Shown here: positions 24,472-37,387 of the stretch, piece after piece
How the letters are laid out: each line of letters begins with the position of its first letter
Numbering within the stretch: the first letter of the stretch is position 1
Source of the DNA: Chiloscyllium plagiosum
Taxonomy: Eukaryota
Assembly: GCF_004010195.1 (NCBI RefSeq)
Contig: NC_057718.1
Coordinates: 12,318,924 to 12,382,923 of the forward strand
DNA length: 64,000 nucleotides
Reading direction: 5' to 3'
Made by a program: the position numbers and the translations under genes
Notes under the pieces: generated by a model
What the model saw: only the letters and a program-made list of their open reading frames with translations
What the model was told of the DNA's origin: nothing
The model's database searches: none

Positions 24472-24800
24472 TAACAGCTCAGTGGTTAGCACTGCTGTCT
24501 CACAGCACCAGGGACCTGGGTTCAATTCCAGCCTTGTCGACTATCTGTGTGGAATTCGAACATTTTTCCTGTCTGTATGGGTTTCTTCCGGGTGCTCCGG
24601 TTTCCTCCCACAGTCTGAAGATGTACAGGTTAGGTGGATTGGCCGTGTTAAATTGTCCATAGTATGCTGCATTTTGCAGACTAGATGGATTAGCCAATGA
24701 GAAATGCAGTGTTCAAGAAATAAGATAGGGGTGGGTCTATGTGGGATGCTGTTCAGAGGGTCTGTGTGGACTCTTCCACACAGTAGGGATTCTGTGATTC
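24472..24800 (+). mobile_element. HE1-like V-SINE
   Basis: A box CTCAGTGGTTAG, B box GGTTCAATTCC, V-domain. Confidence 0.85.
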
Positions 24801-25066
24801 AAGCCCTAGCACGTCGCTTGATAATGCGTAATATAACTCCGTTCATTTTTTTGCAACCCCAAGCCTCAAGAGGTGTGAGAGTTGGAGAGTGGACAAATCT
24901 ATGTAATGAAGTGAAATGATATAACTTTGGATTGGATGGTCTAAGGGTGAATAAATATGGTCTTTGGCAGTTGGGTCAACCTTACTTGAAGATGAAAATT
25001 AACCTCTCATGCGGTGTGTATTCTGTTCATGGACATTGTAAAGCTGATGATTTTCCTGTACCTTAG

Positions 25067-25156
25067 GTATTCCTAATGGTCGGCAATGAATGTCCCTTTC
25101 TCCTGAGAGATCTACTGGCTTCACAAGAGCTGGCTGCTATATTTGGACAAAATGTG
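25067..25156 (+). CDS. ERMARD: ERMARD coding exon 4
   Basis: [36 protein letters not shown]. Confidence 0.93.
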
Positions 25157-25341
25157 GTAAGAATTTTTGCTACTTAAAATAATTTTCTGTTTATCTTTTT
25201 AACAGAACATTGCTAAAACTTTATCATGTCCCCTCTAATTAAATTTATCTAAATGATATGTCCATCCCCAGTGTTCTGTGTGAAGTATGTATTAGCTCAC
25301 GTTCTAGTAAATTAATACTATATGTCATTATCCAAATACAG

Positions 25342-25439
25342 ATGAACGTGCTGCGAGTGTTCTTGGGATCACCACAAAGCTTAAATCTCCGCAACATCTT
25401 GTGGCATGGATTTGCTGCTCCTCCAGAAATCCCTCCAAT
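25342..25439 (+). CDS. ERMARD: ERMARD coding exon 5
   Basis: [38 protein letters not shown]. Confidence 0.95.
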
Positions 25440-25819
25440 GTAAGTATTTGGTTGCAAATGTCAGTTCTGCCATCCTCACATTAATCTATTATTGAAAATT
25501 TAGGATAACAGCTTGCATTAAATTGGATGAAAGCAAGGAATTTACCAAGTAAGTGCAAGGCAGACAAATGGCCCTTTGGAAGATGTAATGGTGACGATGT
25601 CAGTTGGAAGCTTGGCCAAAGAAATGGGAGTTAAGGAGGTTCTTAAACATGGAGGTTAGGGTTGAACTTGCAAAGAGTATGTCTGAGGGTTTGGAAATGG
25701 ATGAAGGGGCACATGCACAGAGGCTAATGTTGGTAGAATGGAAAGTGTCAGGAACTGACAAAAAATTGGGGGAGATTACAGATATGGATTAGGCGTCAGC
25801 TTATGATGGAAGGTGTAAA

Positions 25820-27010
25820 TTGAGTCATACAGCATTGAAACAGACCCTTCAGTCCAACCAGTTCATGCCGAACATAATCCCAAAGTAAACTAGTCCCACC
25901 TGCCTGCTTCTGGCCCATATCCTTCCAAACCTTTCCTATTCATGTATCTATCCAAGTGTTTTTTAAACGTTGTAATTATACCCACATCCACTACTTCATC
26001 CGGAAGTTCATGCCACATGTGTTTTTTTTTTAAAATTGCCTTTTTTTTTAAGTCTCTCTCCTCTCACCTTAAAAATGTGGCCCCTAGTCTTGAAATCCCA
26101 TATCCTAGGGAAAAGACAACTACCATTAACTCTATCTATATATCTCACTATTTTATAAATTTCTATCAGGTCTCCTCTCAATCTCCTATGGTGCAGTGAA
26201 ACAAGTCCCAGCCGATCCAGCATTTCTTTATAAATTAGACCTTCTATACCCAGCAACATCCTGGTAAATCTCTTTTGAACCCTCTCCAGCTTAATAATAT
26301 CCTTCCTATAACTTGGCAACCAGAACTGGGCAGTGTTCCAGAAGAGGCTGCACCAATGTCCTGTACAGTCTCAACTTGACTTCCCAACTCCTTTACTCAA
26401 CTGACTGAGCAATGAAGGCAAGTATGCCAAATGCATCTTTAACCACACTGTCTGTGAAGCAAACCCCAAAGAAATACGTACCTGCACCTTTATGTCCTTC
26501 TATTCTACAATGCTACCCAAAGCCATACCATTAATTGTATAAGCCCTACCCTTGTTGGTTATACTAAAATACAATACTTGACATTTATCCAGATTGAACT
26601 CCATCTGCAATTTTTCATTTTGATGAAGATCCTTTTGTAATCTGAGAAAATCTTCACTGTCTACTATGCCACCAATTTTGGTGTCATTAGCAAACTTACT
26701 AACCATGACTTCTATATTCTTAATATAATCATTTATATGAATGACAAACAAAAGAGGACTCAGAACTGAACCCTGTGGAACACTACTGATGACAGGCCTC
26801 AAGTCTCCACCACTCTAAAGCAATCCTCCACCACTCTGTCTCCTGTTGTCAAGCCAATTATGTATCCAGTTGGCCAACTCACTTTAAATCCGATGTGACC
26901 TAACTTTACTAACTATTCTTCCATGCGGAACCATGTTGAAGGCTTTACTAAAATCTAAGTAAACAACGTCTATGCTCTGCTATCATTGATCCTTTTGGTA
27001 ACTTAATCAA
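25820..27010 (-). mobile_element. CR1/HER1-type LINE 3' portion
   Basis: SSVPQGSVLSPLLF...KFANDTKIGG and LERVQKRFTRML. Confidence 0.9.
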
Positions 27011-27404
27011 GTCCAATGAGGACTTTAAAAGTGGTCAGTTGCTGAGGGTGCTAGCCCATTTGGTCAAGAAAAAAACATAATTAAATGACTAATTTAGTTT
27101 TCAGCATTCTTGGGTATAGAATTCTTGGTATTTGTATAACTAGGGATTCCAGTTTCAACTCGATCGGACAATGATTTGAATATAAAGTGGGGCAGATTTT
27201 GAGCTGCTGCATGTGTACGAAACATATGCAAGGTAATGAAAAGAGAATTGCAATTCCTGAGGTCTGCAAAAATGCACAGCTTTCAAATTAAGTCCTATTC
27301 ATGGTATTTTCAGTTTTTATTAGTCCAGTGTTTCATTTAAAGCAGATTATTCAATCTTTTAGAACACATGATCAATCCTTGTTTTGTTATTTAATTATGT
27401 CTAG

Positions 27405-27541
27405 GTACACCTCTATGCTGCTGTTACTAACAGCTGGATTAGGGCAGAAATTGAAGGATGTCCTGGCTTGCAGAAATCTCTCACTCCTCCATCGACCTTA
27501 TTTCAAATTGACACAGCTGAAGGAACTTGCTGTCTTCCCTG
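27405..27541 (+). CDS. ERMARD: ERMARD coding exon 6
   Basis: YTSMLLLLTAGLGQKLK...HRPYFKLTQLKELAVFP|GTGAGC. Confidence 0.93.
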
Positions 27542-28401
27542 GTGAGCCGTGTGAAATTTATCTCTAAATTAGTTGGAGCACTCATACTGTCTCAGCTGGT
27601 TAAGGGAAGGAATTTCTGAGCTGCAAAACTCCCAGCTCCACTACCAAGTATTTTCATTGATTTCCTGCCTCCAAGCATCAGATTTTGTGAGGGGAGACAG
27701 AATGGCCATTGGACATCATTCCATTCCATATCATACCCCACCCAATGTATGCACACATCCCCCACTCCCACAGTCAAAGTGACCCCTTTAAAAAACCTCA
27801 GAAGAATTGGTTCTCCTGGGTTAAACTGACTAGCGTTTCTGTTTATTATTGTGACTGCACATTGGAAGGATGGCCATTTGGTGACAGTGCCAAAGGAGAT
27901 CGGGTACCTGTAAACCACCATGGTGCAGTCAATACCTTCGGGAAGGGAGTGAATAAGAAATAGACCCATTTTGCCAAAACGTTCCATCGTGCACTCAGGA
28001 CAATTGCAAGAATGCTACATTTCAAACAACAATTTATACTACAGAAGAAAAGAGAGTGTGTTGTCCTATTGCTTTCTTCATGGAACACCTCAGCTAATCA
28101 GACTCTGACTTGCCCTTCAATTAGCACACTACAGAAGAAAAGGATACTACCTTGTTGGTAAATTAGACTGTGGTGGAGCTGTTTATATGGAGAAAACAAG
28201 AGGAAAGTAGGCACTCTTTTTTTTTTTCTGTAGTATAATTTACTTTGTTTGAAATGTAGCATTCTTGCATCCATCCTGATGAGTTAAAGACTAAAGATCT
28301 CAGTAACATACCTCTCTTCAGCATTATTCAAGTTGTGGAAAACAAATAATGCATAGAATTTACCAATCGAGCATTTAATGTTTTGTATTTTTTTAAAACA
28401 G

Positions 28402-28516
28402 ATATTAATGAAGAGGCTATTGCTGCAGCGGAGGATATTATTGAGAAATCTGATTTTGTAGTGGAAATCATGCTGCCTTATTGGAAAGATGCACTTGCAG
28501 CTTACAAAGATCAGCG
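28402..28516 (+). CDS. ERMARD: ERMARD coding exon 7
   Basis: INEEAIAAAEDIIEKSDFVVEIMLPYWKDAL...; AG/GT sites and phases consistent. Confidence 0.92.
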
Positions 28517-29884
28517 GTAGGATAAAAAGAAAGTTGACTTATTGTGGCATTGCTTGAAACTGAAGACTGATCCAGGAAGTCTTGGAAAAAGTGTTCATTT
28601 GTTAGAGGATGCTGCACTGTCAGGAATGAGAGATTACGATAAGGTCTCAACTGCTGTCTTAGGTGGAGTGTCCACATGACAAAGGAGCAGTGCTCCGAAA
28701 GCTTGTGGTTTTAAATAAACCTGTTAAACTATAGCCTGGTGTCGTGTGACTTCTGACTTTGGCTATAAATCACCTGGGACATCCTGTCGTTGAAAACCGC
28801 CACAAAAATAGGATCTTTTATTTCTGTGAAGTTGGAGATGTATTCTTCATTCACACCATTGACTGTGTTGAATTGGTGTCAGAAGTCGCCACTTTCATAA
28901 ACAGGACATTGGTGGTGTTTTGGTTTTACGTTAAACAATCAAAATCCAATGAGTTATAAGTCTTGGGAATTCACTATCCAAGAGGGTCCTTGCAGTTCAG
29001 TTGATGAATATATTCAAGACTGGAATCGATTAGATTTCTGGATTCTAGAGGGACCACTGGATATGCTGGTCAAGAGGTTAAATCGAGATTTATCGAAGTT
29101 TAACTGGGCATCTTCTGGACTGATTGAGCAGGTTCAGTGGATTCTGTGGCCTTATACTAGGTCCACTTCTTATGTTTTTGTGCAATCCTACAAAAGATAC
29201 ATGGGCAGTGTCTAATTCAGTTCATTTATAATTAATTTTTATCAATTACAATTACTTATACAAATAAACAATGTAAATAAAAACAATACAGAGGAAATTT
29301 GAATGGGTAAATAAATAGGCAGAAGTTCTTTGGTTGGATTTGTGTACCTTCTCTTTGCAAAAAAAAATCCTGAGTTTCAGCCCTTTGGCAAACAATAGCA
29401 AAATACTGGGACTTGAGCTTAGTGTTACAGAGGCGATGATAGACCTCTAAAAGCGTCTCGCCTCAGCAGTGAGAATTTTTAGTTTAAAGGGCTTTGCACT
29501 ATTGCGTTGCAATCGTGAACTCTGGCACAAGGAGTTTATTTTTGATTGGGGGCCGGGGGAAAGAGACTGACTGGATTGCTGTGGAGGGAGTTGACACGAA
29601 ATTGATGGGCTGAACAGCTTCCTTTTGTACCTTTATGACTTTAATTCCTTTTCCATGTTTTAAACAATTTTTGTTCCTAATTTAACTTTTTATGTTTAAA
29701 ATTTAAAATCTGCAATGAATACACGCCATAGAAACCGAGATTTAGATCTGTTGAAAATCAGCTCAGAATGAACAACAGAAGTGCATACCTGATTATACAC
29801 TCATTAATGTTCAGCATTGTTTTAGTGTTAGCATGTTGTGCTGCTGAAGCTTCTTTCAAGTGCATGTGAATCTTATTTCCACAG

Positions 29885-29987
29885 GTATGCAGACTGTACA
29901 ATACTGCTTTTACCTCAACTGGAGATGGGCCTCCGCAAATTTTTTACCATTGTTAATAACTGTCCCAATAGGCTGCTGACCGCAGAG
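29885..29987 (+). CDS. ERMARD: ERMARD coding exon 8
   Basis: [40 protein letters not shown]. Confidence 0.94.
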
Positions 29988-31097
29988 GTAAGTATGCTTC
30001 TGCCTGAGGGATAGTCTGCTCACCTTCAGGCAGACGTAAACTTTGCCTTACCCAATGAGAGAATTTCAAGGCTAATCTATTGATTGCAATGTTATTTGAG
30101 ATTTCCTGAATTTTTTTCTTGTTTTGCGAGCATGTCTCTTTGTCTAGCATGAGAAAAGGAGTCTCTGAGCCTCTGCCACCTCACGTGTTGTTACTTCGTG
30201 GACATGAAGGTATTGAAATCAGGGCTAGATTATGTGAAGTTCAGTTTGTTTATGTTTTGTAGTAAATCTTAAAAACACGGAAGTCCACAATTGGAAGAGC
30301 AAGAGTACTGGTGATGGGGGACACACTTCCTGTGATCTCGAGAATCACTACGCTATCTTCTATTTTGATATAATTTCTCTCCCTTGATTTCAAAACTCCT
30401 TGCTGACCTCCATCCCCTTCTGCGAGCTTCAAACTCCACACATCAAACCACATCACCTAATCATTGATTCCTGATTTACCTTATCCCTTAGTTTTTTTTT
30501 AAACCCAGTGAACTCTTGATAATTCCCTGCACTCTTGAGCCTTGAACACCAGTTAAACTGTCAAATAGTATGGCAGTGCAACACTTAGAAAATGCTGGAC
30601 ATGGAGGGCTATTCAAAGCCAACAGTATCATGTTTTATACTATCTGATATTCTGCTCCTTTACCTCAGCAGTAGGAGAAGTCGTCATGTACTTTGAATAT
30701 ACCAGATGGCAGAAGTGATTCAGCTTGTTTTCTGTTCCCAAACTTGTCTATTTCATTGTCATTTCCTCTCGACACAAGCAAATAAACTGAGACCCAAATC
30801 TGCAGATCAACTGTGCAGACTGATCGCAATATTTAGTCCCTATGTTCAGTGTTTTGATGAGGAGAAGGGACAGATCCTATCTATAGTTCTATACAGGGTG
30901 GACTCTTCATCTCATAGGTATTCAGATATAGCAGTGCAGGAGGCCATTGAGTCCACACTGGCAGCAATCCTATAGGTCTCATTCACCCTCACTCCATCAC
31001 CTTACCCCTCTAAGTTTATTTCCCTTCAGTACTTATTTCATGTTGTAACTATTCATTGTCTGCATTTCCACCAGTTCTATAGGCAGAGAGTTCTGTC

Positions 31098-33262
31098 ATT
31101 ACTACATGGCTGTAGCGAAAGTATATTCCTGTCAGGGTGAAAGGAAAGGCTGGTAGGTATAGGGAATGCTGGATGACTAAAGAAATTGAGGGTTTGGTGA
31201 AGAAAAAGGAAACATACGTAAGGTATAGCCAGGATAGATTGAGTGAATTCTTAGAGTATAAAGGAAGTAGGAGTATACTTAAGAGGGAAATCAGGAGGGC
31301 AAAAAGGGGACATAAGACAGCTTTGACAAATAGAATTAAGGAGAATCCAAAGGGTTTTTGCAAATACATTTAAGGACAAAAGGGTAACTAGGGAGAGAAT
31401 AGGGCCCCTCAAAGATCAGCAAGGCGGCCTTTGTGTGGAGCCACAGAAAATGGGGGAGTTACTAAATGAGTATTTTGCATCAGTATTTACTGTGGAAAAG
31501 GAAATGGAAGCTACAGACTGTAGGGAAATAGATGGTGACAGCTTGCAAAATGTCCACATTACAGAGGAGGAAGTGCTGGATGTCCTGAAATGGGTAAAGG
31601 TGGATAAATCCCCAGGACCTGATCAGGTGTACCCGAGAACTCTGGGAAGCTAGAGAAATGATTGCTGGGCCTCTTGCTGAGATATTTGTATCATCGATAG
31701 TCACAGATGAGGTGCCGGAAGACTAGAGGTTGGCAAATGTGGTGCCACTATTTAAGAAGGGTGGTAAAGACAAGCCAGGGATCTATAGACCAGTGAGTCT
31801 GACGTCAGTGGTGGGCAAATTGTTGGAGGGAATCCTGAGGGACAGGATGTACATGTATTTGAAAGGCAAGGACTGATTAGGAATAGTCAACATGGCTTTT
31901 TGCGTGGGATTTTCAGACTGGAGGGCTGTGACCAGTGGAGTGCCACAAGGATTTGTGCTGGGTCCTCTACTTTTTGTTATTTACATAAATAATTTGGATG
32001 CGAGCATAAGAGATATAGTTAGTAAGTTTGCAGATGACACCAAAATTGGAGGTGTAGTGGACAGCGAAGAGGGTTACCTCAGATTACAACAGGATCTGGA
32101 CCAGATGGGCCAATGGGTTGAGAAGTGGCAGATGGAGTTTAATTCCGATAAATGCGAGGTGCTGCATTTTGGGAAAGCAAATCTTAGCAGGACTTATAAA
32201 CTTAATGATAAGGTCCTAGGGAGTGTTGCTGAACAAAGAGACCTTGGAGTGCAGGTTCATAGCTCCTTGAAAGTGGAGTCGCAGGTATATAGGATAGTGA
32301 AGAAGGCGTTTGGTATGCTTTCCTTTATTGGCCAGAGTATTGAGTACAGGAGTTAGGAGGTCATGTTGCGGCTATACAGGACATTGGTTAGGTCACTATT
32401 GGAATATTTTGTACAGTTCTGGTCTCCTTCCTATCGGAAAGATGATTAGATTACATTACATTACAGCGTGGAAACAGGCCCTTCGGTCCAACAAGTCTAC
32501 ACCGACCTGCCGAAGCGCAACCCACCCATGCCCCCCTACACTTACCCCTTACCTAACACTACGGGCAATTTAGCATGGGCAATTTAGCATGGCCAATTCA
32601 CCTGACCTGCACATCTTTGGACTGTGGGAGGAAACCAGAGCACCCGGAGGAAACCCACGCAGAAACGGGGAGAACGTGCAAACTCCACACAGTCGTCTGA
32701 GGCGGGAATTGAAGCCAGGTCTTTGGCGCTGTGAGGCAGCAGTGCTAACCACTGTGCCACCATGCCGCCCATGTTGTGAAACTTGAAAGGGTTCAGAAAA
32801 GATTCACAATGATGTTGCCAGGGTTGGAGGATTTGAGCTATAGGAAGAGGCTGAACAGGCTGGGGCTGTTTTCCCTGGGGCGTCGGAGGCTGAGGGGTGA
32901 CTTTTTAGAGGTTTATAAAATCATGAGAGGCGTGGATAGGATAAATAGACAAAGTCTTTTCCCGGGGTTGGGGAGTGCAGACTAGAGGGTGTAGGTTTAG
33001 GGTGAGAGGAAAGATATAAAAGAGACCTAAGAGGCAATGTTTTCACGCAGAGGGTGGTACGTGTATGGAATGAGCTGCCAGAGGAAGTGGTGGAGGCTGG
33101 TACAATTGTAACATTTAAGAGGCATTTGGATGGATATATGAATAGGAAGGGTTTGGAGGGATATGGGCCGGGTGCTGGCAGGTGGGACTAGATTGGATTG
33201 GGATATCTAGTCAGCATGGACGGGTTGGACCGAAGTGTCTGTTTCCAGGTTGTACATCTCTG
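31098..33262 (+). mobile_element. HER1/CR1 LINE (5'-truncated, frameshifted, internal deletion) with a nested SINE
   Basis: SGVPQGFVLGPLLFVIYINNL...KFADDTK and 3' tail TACATCTCTGACT. Confidence 0.95.
32445..32770 (-). mobile_element. Young HE1 V-SINE inserted into the LINE
   Basis: GGGCGGCATGGTGGCACAGTGG head, V-domain and (TGTAA)n tail. Interrupts AAAGATG|TTGTGAAA with an ATG duplication. Confidence 0.92.
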
Positions 33263-33864
33263 ACTTCCTCACATCCCTTTACATTTCTTGCCCAGAACCT
33301 TAAATCTCTATTCCCCAGTCCTTGTGACTGCAGCTAATTGAATCAGTTTTTAATGGCATTATCGACAACCAAACCCATATGGTTGCTTCAGTTTCTTGAG
33401 TTTAGTAGATGACAGTTAAAGCGCAAACCACACAATATGAATTGGTTAACACAGAAAATACACAAGCCTTTTCTGAAACACAAAAAATACATCAATCTTC
33501 TATGAAGGATTTGAAAGTTGGTAGCAGAATTCTGCAATTGGCGAATTCATACATGTCTGAGTTGGTATTCTTCCCCCAGTGTTGTATTTGTAAAAAGTAT
33601 ACCACAGCATTCTCTGGAAAGAAAAACAGGGAATGCACTTATGATACATTTAAGGTGCAGCATGGCTAGGGCCAGTCACTGGCCCTTCTATGGGGCAGCC
33701 AAAGCAGTAGAAGTGGGTGAAAGAAAGGGAATTCAAAATGTGGATGCTCCAGTGAAACTGGTTTTAATTGCTGCATGGCAGGGACAGTGCCAAAAATGCT
33801 TTCAAGCAGAAAATTCACTTTTTTTTTTGTTTATACTTAGATAATCTTTGTTTTGCTTTTCCAG

Positions 33865-33894
33865 TCTACAACACTGTACACAACATTTGATGAG
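33865..33894 (+). CDS. ERMARD: ERMARD coding exon 9 (30-nt micro-exon)
   Basis: tttccag|STTLYTTFDE|GTACGT; human STALYTTFDQ. Confidence 0.9.
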
Positions 33895-34762
33895 GTACGT
33901 TTGACATTTGTAATGATTAGAAAATGAAGCTTACCTGCTTCAGGGTCATCAGAGTGAAAATCTTTTGATAAATTATGTCCTGTTTCCTGATCCATGCCTT
34001 AAAAATGCTGTAAGTGATCCAGGCAGTTTTATTAGCCTCAGTATTTTAACATTCACCAAGCAACATGATTTCTTGGGACTTCCATATCAAAGGAAGTGGC
34101 AACTTTAATGCCATCCATGTTGGCACAGACCATGGAAGTGGCAGGTTCCTTGCTTCACTTTCCACAATCTCACATTAAATTTTTAAACATTAAAGGGCAA
34201 TCTTGTAACAAAAAAATGGTATGAACAGTTCAATTCCATCCATATTAAAAATTGCATACTTACTCAGAGCATGAATGAGATCATTTTGCAGCCAGTGTTG
34301 CAGGCTTCCCCAAGATGAGTCTCCAGAGTGGCTTAATTCCACAGCACATGGTTGATGCTGTCAAATAACAAGCTTATGGAAGTTTTGCTATTCCAGAGTT
34401 ATCACTCTGGAACTTCAGCTTGTCACAAGCATCCTTCTATTGGATTTCCTAATCTGCCCATCAATGACAGCTTCACCACAACCAGAGTTTCAGGTTATTT
34501 GAATTTGACTCAACATAATTTCACTGTTTATGTAAAAAGTCAGTTTACAATTGCATTTGTACAAAAATGTAGGATCCCTAATAATTTTTCTCCTATATTG
34601 CAATGTTATGGGATGGCATGTGAATATGGCAATTATGTATCCCTGTATGTAAATTCAAATTGTTCACAGACCATCTGTGAATGCCACAGATAATATCATA
34701 ACATTTGTACTTTATTTCTTTTTGTGAAATTACGAATCACAGCAAATTTCTCTTTCTGATAG

Positions 34763-34831
34763 ATACTGGCAAAATATCTAGACAACGGTGTTATAAACCA
34801 CCTTCCGACAGCATTGGGCAATCCCATAATG
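34763..34831 (+). CDS. ERMARD: ERMARD coding exon 10
   Basis: ILAKYLDNGVINHLPTALGNPIM|GTATGT. Confidence 0.92.
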
Positions 34832-37042
34832 GTATGTCCTTTTTCAGTTGAAGTTCTCATGGCAGTGACATGCACAATAAGAAATCTAGAACTCATTATT
34901 CACTGGTTGTACTTACCCAAAAGGAAATACAGATCAGAACATGAAGTGTCGGATTTTCTGTAGATTTCATCTCGTTTGTGATGATGTAGAGCAAATAACC
35001 CAAGCAGTCTTGTGAAATTGTTCAGTGACTGTCCACCATGTTAAATGGAGGGGAAAAAAATATAGTCTTTAAAGCTAGTTCTCACTCAGGGATCCGATTT
35101 ATCCAGCGTTACCATCAGCTAGGATCATAATCTCTCTTCTCAGAAAAATTGACCCATTTCTGCAATCTGTTTAAGGTAAACTAAAGTTCTTCATCCCTGG
35201 AGTCATACTTGTAAATCTTCTCAACACCCTTTCTAAATTGTCGACTCCAGGATTAGCAAAAGAGTCCAAACCAGTGCTTTATAAAAAAAAAAATTGTCAT
35301 AAGTTAATTTGTTTTATATTTTATGCCCATATTTGTGAAGCCTAGGATCCTTGAAAGCAGTTTAACCACTTTCTCAATCTTTCCTGTCACCTTCAATGAT
35401 TTGTGAATGTATATGTTTCTATTGCCCCCACATCTGTCTTTGCACCTTTTAATATTTCAAGCAGGAATTAGCAGCTATGGTTGCCTTCTGAATGCCATCA
35501 GCAATTTGTAAGTTGCCATAGCAACTGCTTTGAAGGGACTAGACGTGATCAGCTGAATATTGCAAATGAGCCTATCATTCTTGAATTACAGGTAAGCAAC
35601 CCCAGAGAAAATCTGTTAGCGGATAAAAGAATATTGATTGCATCTCCTGGGAGATGACATGGCTGCGTTTGCAGGGTTATGGAGAATTTTATCGTAATGC
35701 TCAAGCCATCTGGAGTGACCATCATGGTCACAGGCAGCATGCTGTTGCAATATATTCAAAGGCGACCTGCTAGCATAGGTGTAACGAATACAAGTTAATA
35801 AAAAAAAAAAGTGAAACCTGGATTATAGCCAAATTGAGAGAGTTATTCTCTAGTTTCAATTGAAAATGATAATATGAAGATAAGTAGAAATGTATTCTTT
35901 CAGAGAATTGTTATTCTGTGGAATTCTTCCCCTCAAACTGCAGTGGAGGTTAGGTCATTGAATATTTTTAAGGCACAATTGGATAGATCTCTGATCCAAC
36001 CTGGCACTGCCCTGTTGAACTGTCTCCTAGTGCGAATGGTTATGCATATCATCCTATGAGGTACTGAGCTCAAAACCCATCAAATAATCTGATTTTGTTG
36101 AATTGAATTGGGGAAAAATGAACATTGCCAGACATTAGTCATTGATATAAGATATGTGTCACTACTTTTGTTTATTGTTGTTCCACATGACATAGGAGTG
36201 CAGTAGGCCATTCAGCCCATTGAGTCTGTCTGGCATTCGGTGAGATCGTGACTGATCTGATCATCCTCAACTTCACTTTCCTGCCTTTCCCCATAACCCT
36301 TGTTTTGCTTACTGATTATAAATCTGTTTATCTCAGCGTTGAGTATTTGAGAGAAATTGGATACAAAAGTATTGAGATTGTGCTTCAGTTATGGGTATTG
36401 TAATACTACATTTGGCATACTTCATAAAGAATTGGTCCCCTTACTTAAGGAAGGGTGTAAATGCATTAGAGACAGCTCAGAGAAGGTTTACTGGTGGGAA
36501 TGGTCTGGTTGTTTTGAGGAATGGTTGAACATCTTCCTTTTATGCTAGACATGACTCCAGCCTGCAGTGTTCTCCCCTTGATTCTCATCCATGTCAGTTT
36601 TACTGGGGCTCCTTGATATAATCCTTAATTTCAAGAGCAGTCACTCTCTCCTTTAGAGTTCAGCTCTTTTAACCATTTTTGGACCAAAACTGACCAGGTT
36701 TATTAGTCAAATACCGCCTTTGGTAGGTTACCTGAATGAGGAAATGTTGTGGAGGTGCCAGTATTGGACTGGGGTGGGCAAGGTCAGAAGTCAAACGACA
36801 CCCGTTTATAGTCCAACAGGTTTATTTGAGATCACAAGCTTTCAGAGTGCTGTTCCTTCAGGTGAAGCTGAGGAGTGATATTTCGAGGCCTAGGAGCATT
36901 TTGCGAAAGAAGGTAGAGGAGGAGGAGGGTGCTGGAATCTGGGAGCACTGGAGAGGGATATTGTGAGATCACAAGGATAGCATCCTGTTTTTGAATAGCT
37001 GGTTGAGTAAATTCACAAAGTTTTGTCGTGTCTTTTCTGCAG

Positions 37043-37213
37043 GAGATTCTCTGGGACCTGCTAAACCACCAGGAGGGTCCTCGGCTCCGGGATCACCTAA
37101 GTCACGGTGAAATAGATTTGAAGTTGTTTCCTAGAGAAATGGCTAGTCACTTGGTAGCACTTGCTGTCGTTTTGCTACATCATTGCCATAGAGGGGCAAA
37201 TGGGATTTCTCTG
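37043..37213 (+). CDS. ERMARD: ERMARD coding exon 11
   Basis: EILWDLLNHQEGPRLRDHLSHGEI...GISL|GTAACA. Confidence 0.94.
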
Positions 37214-37303
37214 GTAACAAGATATTTCTTCTACTTATTTGCAAACATTTTGTTTTTTTTTTGGATGTGTTCATCTTCTAATGAATGCCTTTTGTATATC
37301 CAG

Positions 37304-37387
37304 GAAAGCGAGTGTCTGAAAACAATAATGTGTTCTACACATTCCTATTGCTCTCGGTTCCATCCAGTTGGAAAGCTTAAACAGAAG
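37304..37387 (+). CDS. ERMARD: ERMARD coding exon 12
   Basis: ESECLKTIMCSTHSYCSRFHPVGKLKQK|GTACCT; human YSSRCHPVFQLKKQ. Confidence 0.9.

Noticed and set aside
21120..31920. Internal RT deletions in two HER1 copies (near 21135 and 31908) as a non-autonomous subfamily
   Set aside because: The breakpoints differ and one copy borders a gap; independent deletions or short-read collapse are more likely.
32690..32770. tRNA-like sequences with A and B boxes (also 3915, 8697, 24472, 43050)
   Set aside because: They are SINE heads that continue into SINE bodies, not tRNA genes.
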